Of a stretch of 56,524 nt of DNA, positions 9,264 to 19,009 are shown piece after piece. The stretch's first letter is position 1. Every line of letters starts with the position of its first letter. The stretch is from positions 1-56,524 of IMG/VR virus record IMGVR_UViG_3300005613_002794; one strand, 5' to 3'. The position numbers and the translations under genes were made by a program. Origin of the DNA: a virus (lineage: Duplodnaviria > Caudoviricetes). The notes below the pieces were generated by a model that saw only the letters and a list, made by a program, of their open reading frames with translations, ran no database searches and was not told the DNA's origin.

Positions 9264-11233
9264 CCTTTAAGTTTAATGAATGGATTGTAGATGTACTACC
9301 AACCCTTGATGCTGGGGTAACACTAGCATTGAATTCAGGCCACGTTGCTACCCTTGACGTAGGCATTGATGCACCAGAGGATCTGAGAGATCCTTATATT
9401 GAATTTGCAGGCAACATTATCAAACGTAGTGGTGTTACTCGCTTTGATAATAACTTGGACCCAACTGTAAAGAATGGGCCTCTCATTCGTTATATCTTCT
9501 CCGCAAGACATAACACTCCTGCGCTTGAGCTTGATATGTTTATCAACAATGGCACCTTGGATAACACCAAAGAGGATGAGAACAACCCCCTTACCCCACA
9601 CTTGCTGTCTAATGGTATCTTCATTACCACACCCAAGGGCTACAAGTGGGTAAGTAAAGTTGACACGGTGAAAACCCAGGAGATTCAGGTTGGAGACGAA
9701 ACTGTTACCACTGTGCTTATTGAGAAGGCTTGGTTGGCGCAGGCTAGTTTGATGTGGTTGGGTCTTTACCTTGTTCCTAATGTCCTTGAAGAGAGTATCG
9801 TCAACGACTACAGGAACAAGCTTCCATGGGCAGATAAGGTTCAGCCACAATGGCTAGGCCCCTCGAAGTCCCCAACACTAAAAAATAATCCAGTCTTTTC
9901 TGATTACTATCTCGCAAAGGTAAACTCAGACTTCGACAAGTGGGATGTAGATTTCTCACAAGCCTTTATCGAAGGCCCTGAGGAGATTGGTAGCATTCCA
10001 AACATGTTTATCCCCCAATCCCTTAGCTACCTTGTTGCTGCGAACGGGCAGATGACTGGTGGACACGGAATGGGTATTGACAGCCTTGCTCAATACTATG
10101 GTCTGCCAGCAGGTAAGCAATGGCACATGGCAGCTAACGCTTTGGTTTATTCATTGTGCCGTCCACAGCGAGGATTCTTCAACATTGATGATGACATCGC
10201 AAGCTTGGATAAAGTTCTTGCTAAGATCAAGAGTGGTGATGTAGAAGCCCCATGGGAGAGCTGGAATCTTTCACTAGGAGGAACCCACAAGATCTTCCAT
10301 AACCAACACAACCCATTTGGTTTCACTGAGCCTGAATCAGGTTGGGAAGGAATGGAAGGCGGCATTGGCAAATCAGGTAGTGTAGACCTTCAACACTTCT
10401 CCCGTGCGTTTGGTCCTGCTGTTTTCCTAGCAGAGCGTTTCGATGACGAGGTAGGCAAGGAAGCTATTCGCTGGTTTGCTTCTACCGCACGACTCGATAT
10501 CGAAGACCCAAGAGCAGCTATTGGTCAAGACGAAAAGGGTTGGTTCTCCAACCTGGGCCGTGGCTACGCTTTCGGAGCTATGATTAACGTCTACGACTGG
10601 CACTTCAATAAAACTGAGGATGCCAAGGAATGGGTAGAGTGGTTTATCGAAGCGTGTCAGACTTTCCAAACCAACGGTATGAAGGACGGCAACTCAGGAG
10701 GATCATTCTGCTGCTGGAGAACCCCACAATGGTCTGGATCAAAGGAGATCAATTGGGCTAAAGAAGTGTGGGCTGAGAAGCATAACTACGAGGGAGACCT
10801 TGATGCGCTCGATCCCATCCCAATCACTGGTTCGTACCAGGAGATGCTTATCTTTGGTGCATTAGCTCTCGCTCACTACGCTGGTATTGAGGTAAGCATG
10901 GATGCTCTAAACAAGCAACTTGGATTCCTCGCAGAAGCTACTGAGACAGGGGATAACACTCCTGCTTACAGAGTAAACTGTATCACTGGGGAGAACCTAA
11001 GCTTTGCTTACGAAAAAGGATACACGATGAGTTATTATGGATGTATCCTAAGCTTGTTGTTTGATCTTCCTGTCTCTGACGCTTGGAAAGGCGTTCACTA
11101 TGCGGAGATCTTCGGTGGAGACAAGAGCGTAGCTGAGAGGCTACACGCCCTCAATCCATATGGTAAACCACTTAACGAGCGTAACTTTGTTGGCCTAAGA
11201 GCTTTGACCGAACGAGAAGACTTCCCCTACTAA
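9260..11233 (+). CDS. Hypothetical protein, 657 aa
   Basis: Long ORF coupled by ATGA overlap; no motif recognised. Confidence 0.7.
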   Translation: MTFKFNEWIVDVLPTLDAGVTLALNSGHVATLDVGIDAPEDLRDPYIEFAGNIIKRSGVTRFDNNLDPTVKNGPLIRYIFSARHNTPALELDMFINNGTLDNTKEDENNPLTPHLLSNGIFITTPKGYKWVSKVDTVKTQEIQVGDETVTTVLIEKAWLAQASLMWLGLYLVPNVLEESIVNDYRNKLPWADKVQPQWLGPSKSPTLKNNPVFSDYYLAKVNSDFDKWDVDFSQAFIEGPEEIGSIPNMFIPQSLSYLVAANGQMTGGHGMGIDSLAQYYGLPAGKQWHMAANALVYSLCRPQRGFFNIDDDIASLDKVLAKIKSGDVEAPWESWNLSLGGTHKIFHNQHNPFGFTEPESGWEGMEGGIGKSGSVDLQHFSRAFGPAVFLAERFDDEVGKEAIRWFASTARLDIEDPRAAIGQDEKGWFSNLGRGYAFGAMINVYDWHFNKTEDAKEWVEWFIEACQTFQTNGMKDGNSGGSFCCWRTPQWSGSKEINWAKEVWAEKHNYEGDLDALDPIPITGSYQEMLIFGALALAHYAGIEVSMDALNKQLGFLAEATETGDNTPAYRVNCITGENLSFAYEKGYTMSYYGCILSLLFDLPVSDAWKGVHYAEIFGGDKSVAERLHALNPYGKPLNERNFVGLRALTEREDFPY

Positions 11234-11283
11234 AAAAGAAAGAATAGCAGGGACCAAAAAGTCAAACGTTTCTATAATAAGGC

Positions 11284-12264
11284 ATGGATAATGCAGTATT
11301 AAACAGACTTAAGAACGCAGGACTACTCTCGGAACAGACTCCTGATATGGGATTTGTTTCGACGGGTAGCTTTGCTCTTAACAAGGTTATTTCTGGTGAC
11401 TACACCAAAGGCATCCCCATTGGAATGATTACTCAGTTCCATGGTGAAGCTTCGACTGCGAAGACAGTTTTCGCCACGCACATTCTTAAAGAGGCGCAAA
11501 AAAAAGGTTTTTACACCATGCTTGTTGACTCAGAGAATGCGTACAATTCTGAATTTGCAACTAGCTTGGGTCTTGACCCAAAAAAGCTTATTTATGCAGC
11601 ACCCGAAACGCTTGAAGATTGTTTTCAGGTTATTGAAGACACAATCTTAGCTATTCGAGAAACCGATAAAGAAACACCCATTGTTGTGGCTTATGATTCG
11701 ATTGCTGTTTCACCTTCCAAAGCGGAATATGAAGCAGAAAACTACGAAGGCAACAACATGCAAGGTGCAGTAAGAGCTAAATCAACTGGAGCTTGTTTGA
11801 GAAAGATAAATCCACTCATGCGAAAGCATCGGGTTGCTTTAGTAGTTGTCAACCAAATTAGAAACAAGGTCGGAATCGTTTACGGCAGCAACGAGACTGC
11901 CGCAGCAGGAGGTAAGGCTTTAGATTACTATCTAGGTGTCAATATAAAGACTATCTCGAATAAAACTAGCGATCTTTTGAAAGACGATAACAAACGGGTA
12001 ATGGGTATTCAAGGAAGACTACGCAACACAAAGAATAAGGTTTCCATACCTTTCCGAGAGACCACCTTCAAACTAATGTTTGATGAAGGTCTAGATCCTT
12101 TTGACGGGGTTTTGGATTATCTAATGGAGGATGGTCTTGTTACTCGATCTGGGGCATGGTATACCATAGTCTCCAATAATGAGAAGTTTCAAAGAAAAGA
12201 GCTAGAAAATATTCAGACTGACCCAAAATTTGAAGAAATACGCAACCTTCTTGGGTTGGGGTGA
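11284..12264 (+). CDS. recA: RecA/UvsX recombinase
   Basis: STGSFALN, GEASTAKT Walker A variant, VDSEN, YDSIA, NQIR, GGKALDYY, KNKV..PFR. Confidence 0.9.
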   Translation: MDNAVLNRLKNAGLLSEQTPDMGFVSTGSFALNKVISGDYTKGIPIGMITQFHGEASTAKTVFATHILKEAQKKGFYTMLVDSENAYNSEFATSLGLDPKKLIYAAPETLEDCFQVIEDTILAIRETDKETPIVVAYDSIAVSPSKAEYEAENYEGNNMQGAVRAKSTGACLRKINPLMRKHRVALVVVNQIRNKVGIVYGSNETAAAGGKALDYYLGVNIKTISNKTSDLLKDDNKRVMGIQGRLRNTKNKVSIPFRETTFKLMFDEGLDPFDGVLDYLMEDGLVTRSGAWYTIVSNNEKFQRKELENIQTDPKFEEIRNLLGLG

Positions 12265-12275
12265 CTATATATGGT

Positions 12276-12752
12276 ATGAAAAATATCCCAACTCATATCA
12301 AATGTGGTAAATGCTTAGAAGTAAAAAGCTCTGATGAGTTTCATAACAATGCTTACAGGCATAATGGTAAAGCATATGCCTGTAAGCATTGTGACAACGA
12401 AAGAAAAAAGGCATACGCCAAAACCGAGAAGGGTAAAGAAGGAACTCGGCGTAGGTCCAAAAGGCATCGGGAAAAGAATCCTGATTCCTGCCGTGAGGCT
12501 ACACTAAAAAACAAGGCCAAAAAGAGGGCTTTGATACATGAAAAGAAATCTGGTGGTTGTATAGTGTGTGGGTACAATCGCTGTCCAGAAGCCTTAGATT
12601 TGCATCACCTCGATGAATCAACCAAAGAGGGGACTCTGGCTGACATGCTCCACGCATCGGGTATAAAGAGACTTGAAGAAGAAATCAAAAAGTGCGTTGT
12701 TCTCTGCGCCAATTGCCACAGAGAGCACCATGCAGGGCTCTTGGACCTGTGA
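12276..12752 (+). CDS. HNH endonuclease
   Basis: CxxC pairs, LDLHH, VLCANCHREHH. Confidence 0.85.
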   Translation: MKNIPTHIKCGKCLEVKSSDEFHNNAYRHNGKAYACKHCDNERKKAYAKTEKGKEGTRRRSKRHREKNPDSCREATLKNKAKKRALIHEKKSGGCIVCGYNRCPEALDLHHLDESTKEGTLADMLHASGIKRLEEEIKKCVVLCANCHREHHAGLLDL

Positions 12753-12833
12753 CTTCGCAAATTTTTTGGACTTTCTCCTTGCAAGTAATCAGCGAACAGG
12801 GTATAATAGGGCGACCGATGGAGGTAGTACGAC

Positions 12834-13721
12834 ATGGATGACAAGTTTTACGAAGAGTTGAGCCAACTCATTAATGGTGCGTTTGACGCTACCTTCGGTC
12901 GAACATCTACCCCTAACAAAGAGGAAAAACCAATGGTTACTATCAAGAACGAAGAACTTATCCGCCAGTACGCTCCCGCTGCTTTCGCAGAGGCTCCTGA
13001 AGAGGGTCGAGTGTCTGATCGTTACACTTTCCTTCCTACCACGGAGATCCTTTCCATCCTACAGGATGAGGGTTGGACCGCATGGAAGGCCCAGCAGGTT
13101 CAAGCTCGCAAGTGGAGCAAGGACCACGCCAAGCACATTATCCGTCTTCGCCACGAAGACATGAACATGGATAGATTTGGTGTCGGTGACAGCTTCCCTG
13201 AGATGCTGCTTATCAATGCTCACAACGGTCTCGGGGGCTACACTCTTCAAGGTGGAATCTACCGTATGATTTGCTCGAACGGAATGGTGATCTCTGAAGA
13301 GGACTTTGGTAAGATTCACATTCGCCACATCGGCTTTGAGCCTGAGCAGGTTCAGGAAGCTTCTCGCCAGCTTATCATGAACTCGTCCCGAATTGCGGAC
13401 AAGATCGGTAGCTGGCAGGAGACCACGCTTTCTGACCGTAGCCGACAGGACTTCTTTGCTGACGCTGCTCGCCTTCGGTGGGATAACCCTGATGACGGAC
13501 TGATTCGTGATGTCGCTACCCCTCGCCGTGAGGCTGATAAGGGTAACGACCTCTGGCGTGTTTTTAATGTTAGTCAAGAAAACCTTCTGCGAGGAGGCTT
13601 CCGTAATGGATCGACTAACCGAATGGTGCGTCCTATCACTAACATTCAAAAAGATGTCAATTTGAACCAAAAACTGTGGGAGCTTGCCTCTACATACAGT
13701 GAGGGCATTGCTCTCAACTAA
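12834..13721 (+). CDS. DUF932/DUF945 family protein (alternative start 12933)
   Basis: SDRYTFLPT, KHIIRLR, LINAHNG, R.ICSNG, PRR..D...DLW..FN..QE. Confidence 0.85.
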   Translation: MDDKFYEELSQLINGAFDATFGRTSTPNKEEKPMVTIKNEELIRQYAPAAFAEAPEEGRVSDRYTFLPTTEILSILQDEGWTAWKAQQVQARKWSKDHAKHIIRLRHEDMNMDRFGVGDSFPEMLLINAHNGLGGYTLQGGIYRMICSNGMVISEEDFGKIHIRHIGFEPEQVQEASRQLIMNSSRIADKIGSWQETTLSDRSRQDFFADAARLRWDNPDDGLIRDVATPRREADKGNDLWRVFNVSQENLLRGGFRNGSTNRMVRPITNIQKDVNLNQKLWELASTYSEGIALN

Positions 13722-13727
13722 TTCCTT

Positions 13728-13762
13728 GAGGGAGGGGTGTTTCCCCCGTCCACTCCTCCCTC
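13728..13762 (+). terminator. GC-rich hairpin, probable terminator
   Basis: GAGGGAG...CTCCCTC followed by GTTTTATT. Confidence 0.5.
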
Positions 13763-13773
13763 GTTTTATTATT

Positions 13774-14124
13774 ATGTTAGAAGACGATTACAGAGAACCT
13801 TTGATGATTGACGAGTGCGGCTTGTACATTACAATCGCACAGATGGGATTCTTCCTCAACAGGAAAAACGGTGAGAGCTTGATGAATGCCGCTTCACCTG
13901 AATTCTTAAAGTATTACAATAACTGTTGTTTATACAATCTTGTGTATGATATGATGGAGGAAGATCCCAAATGTGGTAAGATGTATTGGGACACTAAAAC
14001 TGAGTCTGTTGCGATTGCTTTTCCTATGAACGGAAAGATTGCTAAGGCTCTAGCAACTGTATCTCTTCACCTAGCAGAAATAGAGGATGAAGAGGATAGT
14101 GACGAATTTGATTCTTTTGATTGA
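13774..14124 (+). CDS. Hypothetical protein
   Basis: ORF with acidic C-terminus. Confidence 0.6.
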   Translation: MLEDDYREPLMIDECGLYITIAQMGFFLNRKNGESLMNAASPEFLKYYNNCCLYNLVYDMMEEDPKCGKMYWDTKTESVAIAFPMNGKIAKALATVSLHLAEIEDEEDSDEFDSFD

Positions 14125-14125
14125 T

Positions 14126-14326
14126 ATGGGAAGAACATTCCGAAGAGATGATGATCATAACTTTGGTCGTACCAAAAAAAAGAACTTGCGTGCCAAGAAA
14201 AATAAACCTGGCAAAGTGAAGAAGAGTTTTACGGATAGGAACTATAATGAGCTAGAGAGCTATGAAGACCGTTATGATGACGGTGGCTTTGAAAAGTTCA
14301 CTTATGGAAAACGTAAAGGTAAATAA
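14126..14326 (+). CDS. Hypothetical basic protein
   Basis: MGRTFRR... small ORF in operon. Confidence 0.55.
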   Translation: MGRTFRRDDDHNFGRTKKKNLRAKKNKPGKVKKSFTDRNYNELESYEDRYDDGGFEKFTYGKRKGK

Positions 14327-14903
14327 CCCAGAACCAACGTATATCACCGCAAAGGATGTTCTTACGCCAGAGTGTGCTAAGACACTGATGCAACTTGTTG
14401 ATGAACGGGGGAAGCGGTCTGAGTGGTCCTACAATCCTTGGTGCGTAGAATTCCAGATCGCTAACCCATTCTCACAAGTTAGATCAAAGAATGACGAGAA
14501 GATCATCTCCGTCCTGCCTGAGTTGTTTGGCATTGGAGAGAGCTTCTTGCGCCATATAAACTGGAACTTCCACAATAATGTTTGTGAGTTAGTTACAGGG
14601 CATCATGGTTTTTGGGTATTGCGGTATGATGAGGATGGATTCTTCGATCTACATTGTGATTGGGATTCTGGTCCAAACGGTATTCGTCCACCTATCGTAG
14701 CCACAGTGGCTATCCTACTAAACGACGACTTCGAAGGTGGCAAGACGGTGTTGTTTGACTCCACAAGTACACCGACTATGATAGAGCAACAGGAGCCGTT
14801 GTCTGCGCTCGTATGGGACGGGTTTACACAGCATAAAGTAGAAACTGTGATATCGGGCAGCAGATACGCTCTTGTTATACATTACACAGGAACAATCAAA
14901 TGA
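14304..14903 (+). CDS. 2OG-Fe(II) oxygenase
   Basis: LRY...HCD, LLNDDFEGG, H.V..V.SG.RY. Confidence 0.85.
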   Translation: MENVKVNNPEPTYITAKDVLTPECAKTLMQLVDERGKRSEWSYNPWCVEFQIANPFSQVRSKNDEKIISVLPELFGIGESFLRHINWNFHNNVCELVTGHHGFWVLRYDEDGFFDLHCDWDSGPNGIRPPIVATVAILLNDDFEGGKTVLFDSTSTPTMIEQQEPLSALVWDGFTQHKVETVISGSRYALVIHYTGTIK

Positions 14904-15151
14904 AGTGGATTTGGAAAGACAAAGTATCACAAGAGAAAACCAAACTTGATTTCTCTGCCAAGAACAGACGCAAAGATGTAGTCACCAGGACCATCAAGGT
15001 TCACCTTGAACTTAAGATGGAGTACCCTGAGAGCATGGACATCGTGCAAGCAATTCGTGATACCAAAACATCATTCGATCTACCTCTGGGAATTGATATG
15101 AAAGATGCTCACCTTTCTAACATCGAAATCCTTGGAGTCGAAGATGTTTGA
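14900..15151 (+). CDS. Hypothetical protein
   Basis: Overlapping operon ORF. Confidence 0.55.
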   Translation: MKWIWKDKVSQEKTKLDFSAKNRRKDVVTRTIKVHLELKMEYPESMDIVQAIRDTKTSFDLPLGIDMKDAHLSNIEILGVEDV

Positions 15152-15302
15152 TGATTACGATGTTTTGCCCTGGAAACCCTTTGGATTAGAACTTACCTAT
15201 GGGGAGTGGGATGAACTTGTTACATGGTATGTGCAAAAAAAGATCTCTGAGATACTAGATACTAAGGAGGACCAGGACAATGCCATCGAACTACATCCCT
15301 AA
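15144..15302 (+). CDS. Hypothetical protein
   Basis: Fills gap in operon, GGAG upstream. Confidence 0.45.
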   Translation: MFDDYDVLPWKPFGLELTYGEWDELVTWYVQKKISEILDTKEDQDNAIELHP

Positions 15303-15618
15303 AAACTCCTTACTCGGCCCCACACGGGTGCAGAGGATTGCTAAAAAGCTGATTGATGAGGCTGGAGAGGATCGCAAATTAGCTCTCGAAGCCCATAGAT
15401 TTTTCAGAAACATGGTTGATGAGAACCCACAAGACTCAACTGCTAAGAGTCTTATGGTTGATTCATTGAAGGTTGCCCAGGCATCTAAAAACAATGTAAT
15501 CAAAATCCTCAACCTTGTCGTTAAAATGGAAGAGACCAAAGATGAGAATATCACTAAGGCTTCCAAAGGATCCGAAAACTCTGTATTCAGCGAATTAGAC
15601 AATCTACTAAATGAGTAA
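15280..15618 (+). CDS. Hypothetical helical protein
   Basis: ORF with AGGA SD. Confidence 0.6.
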   Translation: MPSNYIPKNSLLGPTRVQRIAKKLIDEAGEDRKLALEAHRFFRNMVDENPQDSTAKSLMVDSLKVAQASKNNVIKILNLVVKMEETKDENITKASKGSENSVFSELDNLLNE

Positions 15619-16954
15619 CCGTAAAACCTATCGTGTTGTTTGCCCAGAACTGAACGCAGTTCTTTACGTTAAAGGCTATTCCGTTGAGGAAGAGCACAAA
15701 CTGTACACTTCACTCCGTAAGAAGATTCAAGATTCTGAAACTCCTATCAAGATTGATGAGTACAAAACTTTTATTGTTCGTAAGTTCATCGCTGACGTAG
15801 ATGGATTCTTTAACCTGTTCCCTGACGATGATGTCGAGGAAATGATTGAAGGTGTGGATGCAGCTTACGAAGCCATTGTTACGTTGTATCCCCCATTCTC
15901 TCTAGACTTTATTTGTACTGATCTTAATAGCGAAACCTTCTTCTCTGGAATCGAGAAGAGGATGCTCAACAAGCTCAGGGAGCAGATCACTGGGAAGCAG
16001 CAGAAGGTCGCCACTGAGGGCTCTGTGGCTCTCTCCTCGCTTGAGGAGCTACAACAGCTTGAAGAGCACTTCGGGGAGAACATCGTGGGACAGAAGGACG
16101 CTATACGCGCTCTCATGCGTTCGCTCAAGCTGATGGCTTCGGGTCTCGCTAACCACTCGTCGTTCTTATTCGTCGGGCCAACTGGTGTAGGCAAGACCCA
16201 AATTGCTAAACTGCTTGGTGATAAGTTCAGTGGTAATTTCTACAAGGTAAACTGTGCCGAGTATGCTGGAGGCCATGAGTACGCAAAGCTAATCGGTTCC
16301 CCTCCAGGATATGTTGGGCACTCTGAGAAGTCTTTGCTGGCTGAGAAAGCAGAGCAGTCTAACGCTTGGGTGTTCTTGTTTGACGAGATCGAGAAAGCAC
16401 ACCACAAGCTGTACGATTTCCTGTTGAGTCTATTGGATGATGGCACTTGTACGGATAACATGGGTCAGGTTCTAGACTTCACGCAGTCGATCTTTATCTT
16501 TACTTCTAACCAGGGAGTGGGTGAGATTAAGCGTGATTCCGTGGGCTTTAACCCTGGTCAGGATGAGGTAGAAGAGAAGGTAACTGATAGTGTAATTCGT
16601 AATTCCGTCAAGCGTCACTTTAGTCCTGAGTTCTTGAACAGGATTGATGAGGTTGTTGTGTTCAAATCTTTGACCCGCAACGACGTTAGGAAGATTGCCG
16701 AAATACAACTGGATGAGCTACCTATCAAAGCTACGAAGTCCTTGGTTGATTTTGTTGCCGAGAAAGGATACTCACAGGAGTATGGAGCCAGGAACATTCA
16801 AAGGTTCATCAAGAATAATGTTTCTGATAAGATAGCCGACGCCATCTTGCGTCGTTTGGTGCCCAAGAAGGACGGTGAGTATTACACACCTAGAGTTGTA
16901 GAGGGGCAAGTGAAGATCGTTGACACCAAAAAATTTAACGTGTCTTCGACTTGA
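15611..16954 (+). CDS. ClpA/ClpB-like AAA+ ATPase (D2 module only)
   Basis: IVGQ..A, GPTGVGKT, LIGSPPGYVG, LFDEIEKAH, FTSN, FSPEFLNRID, YGAR. Confidence 0.9.
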   Translation: MSNRKTYRVVCPELNAVLYVKGYSVEEEHKLYTSLRKKIQDSETPIKIDEYKTFIVRKFIADVDGFFNLFPDDDVEEMIEGVDAAYEAIVTLYPPFSLDFICTDLNSETFFSGIEKRMLNKLREQITGKQQKVATEGSVALSSLEELQQLEEHFGENIVGQKDAIRALMRSLKLMASGLANHSSFLFVGPTGVGKTQIAKLLGDKFSGNFYKVNCAEYAGGHEYAKLIGSPPGYVGHSEKSLLAEKAEQSNAWVFLFDEIEKAHHKLYDFLLSLLDDGTCTDNMGQVLDFTQSIFIFTSNQGVGEIKRDSVGFNPGQDEVEEKVTDSVIRNSVKRHFSPEFLNRIDEVVVFKSLTRNDVRKIAEIQLDELPIKATKSLVDFVAEKGYSQEYGARNIQRFIKNNVSDKIADAILRRLVPKKDGEYYTPRVVEGQVKIVDTKKFNVSST

Positions 16955-17035
16955 GAACTGAGCAGGCAAGGCTATAATGAGTAGGTTAGATGAGCCTGAG
17001 GTAACGACGGCCGACAGACGCAACTGCCTGAATAT

Positions 17036-17123
17036 GGTCCCGTGACCTCCCGCGCGTCTTATAAGCGTGTCCGCTAAAATGGGGGGCGGTAGCGGACAGG
17101 TTCAACTCCTGGCGGGACTACCA
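17036..17123 (+). tRNA. Non-canonical tRNA-Ile(UAU)-like RNA, no D arm, long variable arm
   Basis: Acceptor GGTCCCG/CGGGACT+ACCA; anticodon arm CGCGT-CTTATAA-GCGTG; T arm CAGG-TTCAACT-CCTG. Confidence 0.7.
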
Positions 17124-17124
17124 A

Positions 17125-17445
17125 TCACTTCGAGTGTAGCTCTCTATGACAATTAGCGCATACCAAGATACACTTGTCTAGTTCTTCTTTGAGGGTTTCC
17201 CACTTTCTACAGTGAGAGCCTGAAATATTGAAATCTTTGGTAGACTCGTCCAGGTGGTGGAAGTCTAGTGCTACGAGGCATTTCTTGTAGCCACACTTTT
17301 GACACTCGCCTCCTTTGTAGTCTACAGCTTTCTGCTTCAGTGAATGCCTTCTAGCATTCACATGGCAGGAGTTACAAACCTTCTTGGTGTGTCCTGCTGA
17401 TCTTTTATACTCGAACTTTCTTGCACATTTTTCGCATGTATTCAT
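17125..17445 (-). CDS. HNH endonuclease
   Basis: AVDYKGGECQKCGY, LDFHH, VCANCHRELH; AGGAGG SD. Confidence 0.85.
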   Translation of the reverse strand: MNTCEKCARKFEYKRSAGHTKKVCNSCHVNARRHSLKQKAVDYKGGECQKCGYKKCLVALDFHHLDESTKDFNISGSHCRKWETLKEELDKCILVCANCHRELHSK

Positions 17446-17514
17446 ATGTAAGAGCCTCCTATGCTCTATCATATATAGTTACCAACAACCAACAAACAAC
17501 TTACAGGAGAAATC

Positions 17515-17721
17515 ATGAACGAACTAGCAGAAAAATACCTTTCGCAGGCTCTCGAAGGAGCAGAGCAAGCAACCCAACAAATTGATCAAGCAATCGCCCA
17601 ACTTGAAGCACAACTAGAAAAGATGCAGGAGCAACGCTCCGAAGTGGGAGAAGCCGTTTCTGATCTAAAGTCTGTCCTTGGTTTGGAGGAAGAGGATGTC
17701 GATCAAGACTCGCAAGAGTAA
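17515..17721 (+). CDS. Small coiled-coil protein
   Basis: AGGAG SD, heptad pattern. Confidence 0.65.
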   Translation: MNELAEKYLSQALEGAEQATQQIDQAIAQLEAQLEKMQEQRSEVGEAVSDLKSVLGLEEEDVDQDSQE

Positions 17722-17893
17722 TCGAATTAAGTTTGGGATGTTTCACTCTGAGTCGGATGCAAAAGCAGTCTGCGACAAGCAAGCTAAACAACCCAATTTT
17801 GCTAACTCTAAGTTCTACACCATCAAAATCAAACGAGGTAAAGAAGGACAAAAGCCTTGGTTGGCATATTGTCTGACTCCCTTGAGTAACTAA
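17696..17893 (+). CDS. Hypothetical basic protein
   Basis: ORF with purine-rich SD. Confidence 0.5.
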   Translation: MSIKTRKSNRIKFGMFHSESDAKAVCDKQAKQPNFANSKFYTIKIKRGKEGQKPWLAYCLTPLSN

Positions 17894-18001
17894 TTTTTGA
17901 GGCAGGATTTAGAGACATCTCTTCGTTCTTCATGATTGGCTCAATCCATAAGACCTCTTTTTACAAGCCTGGATGGTGGAATTGGTATACACATCAGACT
18001 T

Positions 18002-18688
18002 AGTTCTTTTTTAAATTTGAGTGCCTTTAGGGGAAACCCTTTAGGTAGAACCTTTCAAATTCGGGGAAGCCTTTAGCATGGTAATCCCGAGCCAAGCTCA
18101 ATACGAGCCCTTATTCTTACCTCGATAGGTAGGAGTAAGAGCATGGCAGTTTGGACAAAGCAAGGTAAGGTTATCAAGAGTGTTATTTTGATGGTTTCCA
18201 TCAATGTGTTCTAACTCTAATGGGATGGGGTTTCCTAACCATTCAGACTGTTCACAGTTATAACACTTAGCTTCAAAGAAGTTTTCTTTTAGTAATCTCT
18301 GTCGAAGACGATGAGAACTACAGGAATACTTGTTCGAAAGATAATCTTCAATTGGTCTTTTGGGACCAAACTTCTTGCTTTTGTTCCAACCCTGCCCTTT
18401 GAGATGGGAAGTATCAAGGTTGAAGTGAGCAATCGCTTTTCTTAGAGTTTCGTAATTACCTCCTGCTGGAGTAACACCTAACTTATTAAGAATCTGGCGA
18501 TAAGAGATGCTAGTTGCTAAAGCATCTTTCAGTTCTTCTAATGTATATTTTCTTAGTTTCATAGCTTATTGAGAAGGTGTAGAGACTTGACGGAAGGCAC
18601 CTTAGTAATATGGTGAAGAGAAAGTCCAGACCACAAATGCCTTTACTATTATATAGTATGGTCAGCAACGAAAGTTGTAGTTGGTAAG
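18002..18688 (+). mobile_element. Group I intron (trnL-UAA type) containing an HNH ORF
   Basis: Follows U, ends in G; core elements CAAATTCGGGGAA, AATCCCGAGCC, GTAGAGACTTGACGG, GAAAGTCCA. Confidence 0.9.
18098..18562 (-). CDS. Intron-encoded HNH homing endonuclease (antisense)
   Basis: CYNC..W.G.PIPLELEHIDGN..NN..NL.LLCPNCH. Confidence 0.9.
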   Translation of the reverse strand: MKLRKYTLEELKDALATSISYRQILNKLGVTPAGGNYETLRKAIAHFNLDTSHLKGQGWNKSKKFGPKRPIEDYLSNKYSCSSHRLRQRLLKENFFEAKCYNCEQSEWLGNPIPLELEHIDGNHQNNTLDNLTLLCPNCHALTPTYRGKNKGSY

Positions 18689-18745
18689 AAAATCTGACGC
18701 CGCGAGGCATACGGGTTCGACTCCCGTTCTAGGCACCAAAAACAT

Positions 18746-18821
18746 TCCTCGATAGCTCAGTTGGTAGAGCATCTGGCTGTTAACCAGAGTGTCGCAAGTT
18801 CGAGCCTTGCTCGGGGAGCCA
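18746..18821 (+). tRNA. tRNA-Asn(GUU)
   Basis: Canonical 76-nt cloverleaf, CT-GTT-AA loop, encoded CCA. Confidence 0.95.
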
Positions 18822-18853
18822 CCTTACAACAAGCACCCATAGCTCAATTGGAT

Positions 18854-19009
18854 ATGAATAAAGAAACATATAAAGAAGAACGCGACCAGCTTCTAAGGGA
18901 TAAAATAAGACTCTTAGAAGAGTTATCTTCTATGTGTGAAGAAGCCTGTTATGGGGATGCTATTCGACAAGAACTAGAAGAAACACGGAAGAGATTGGTA
19001 AGGGATTGA
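18854..19009 (+). CDS. Hypothetical protein between tRNA remnants
   Basis: 51-aa helical ORF MNKETYKEERD... Confidence 0.45.
   Translation: MNKETYKEERDQLLRDKIRLLEELSSMCEEACYGDAIRQELEETRKRLVRD

Larger units (their letters stand above)
17967..18738 (+). tRNA. tRNA-Leu(UAA), exons 17967-18001 and 18689-18738
   Basis: Acceptor GCCTGGA/TCTAGGC+ACCA; spliced anticodon arm TCAGA-CTT|AAAA-TCTGA; long variable arm. Confidence 0.9.
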
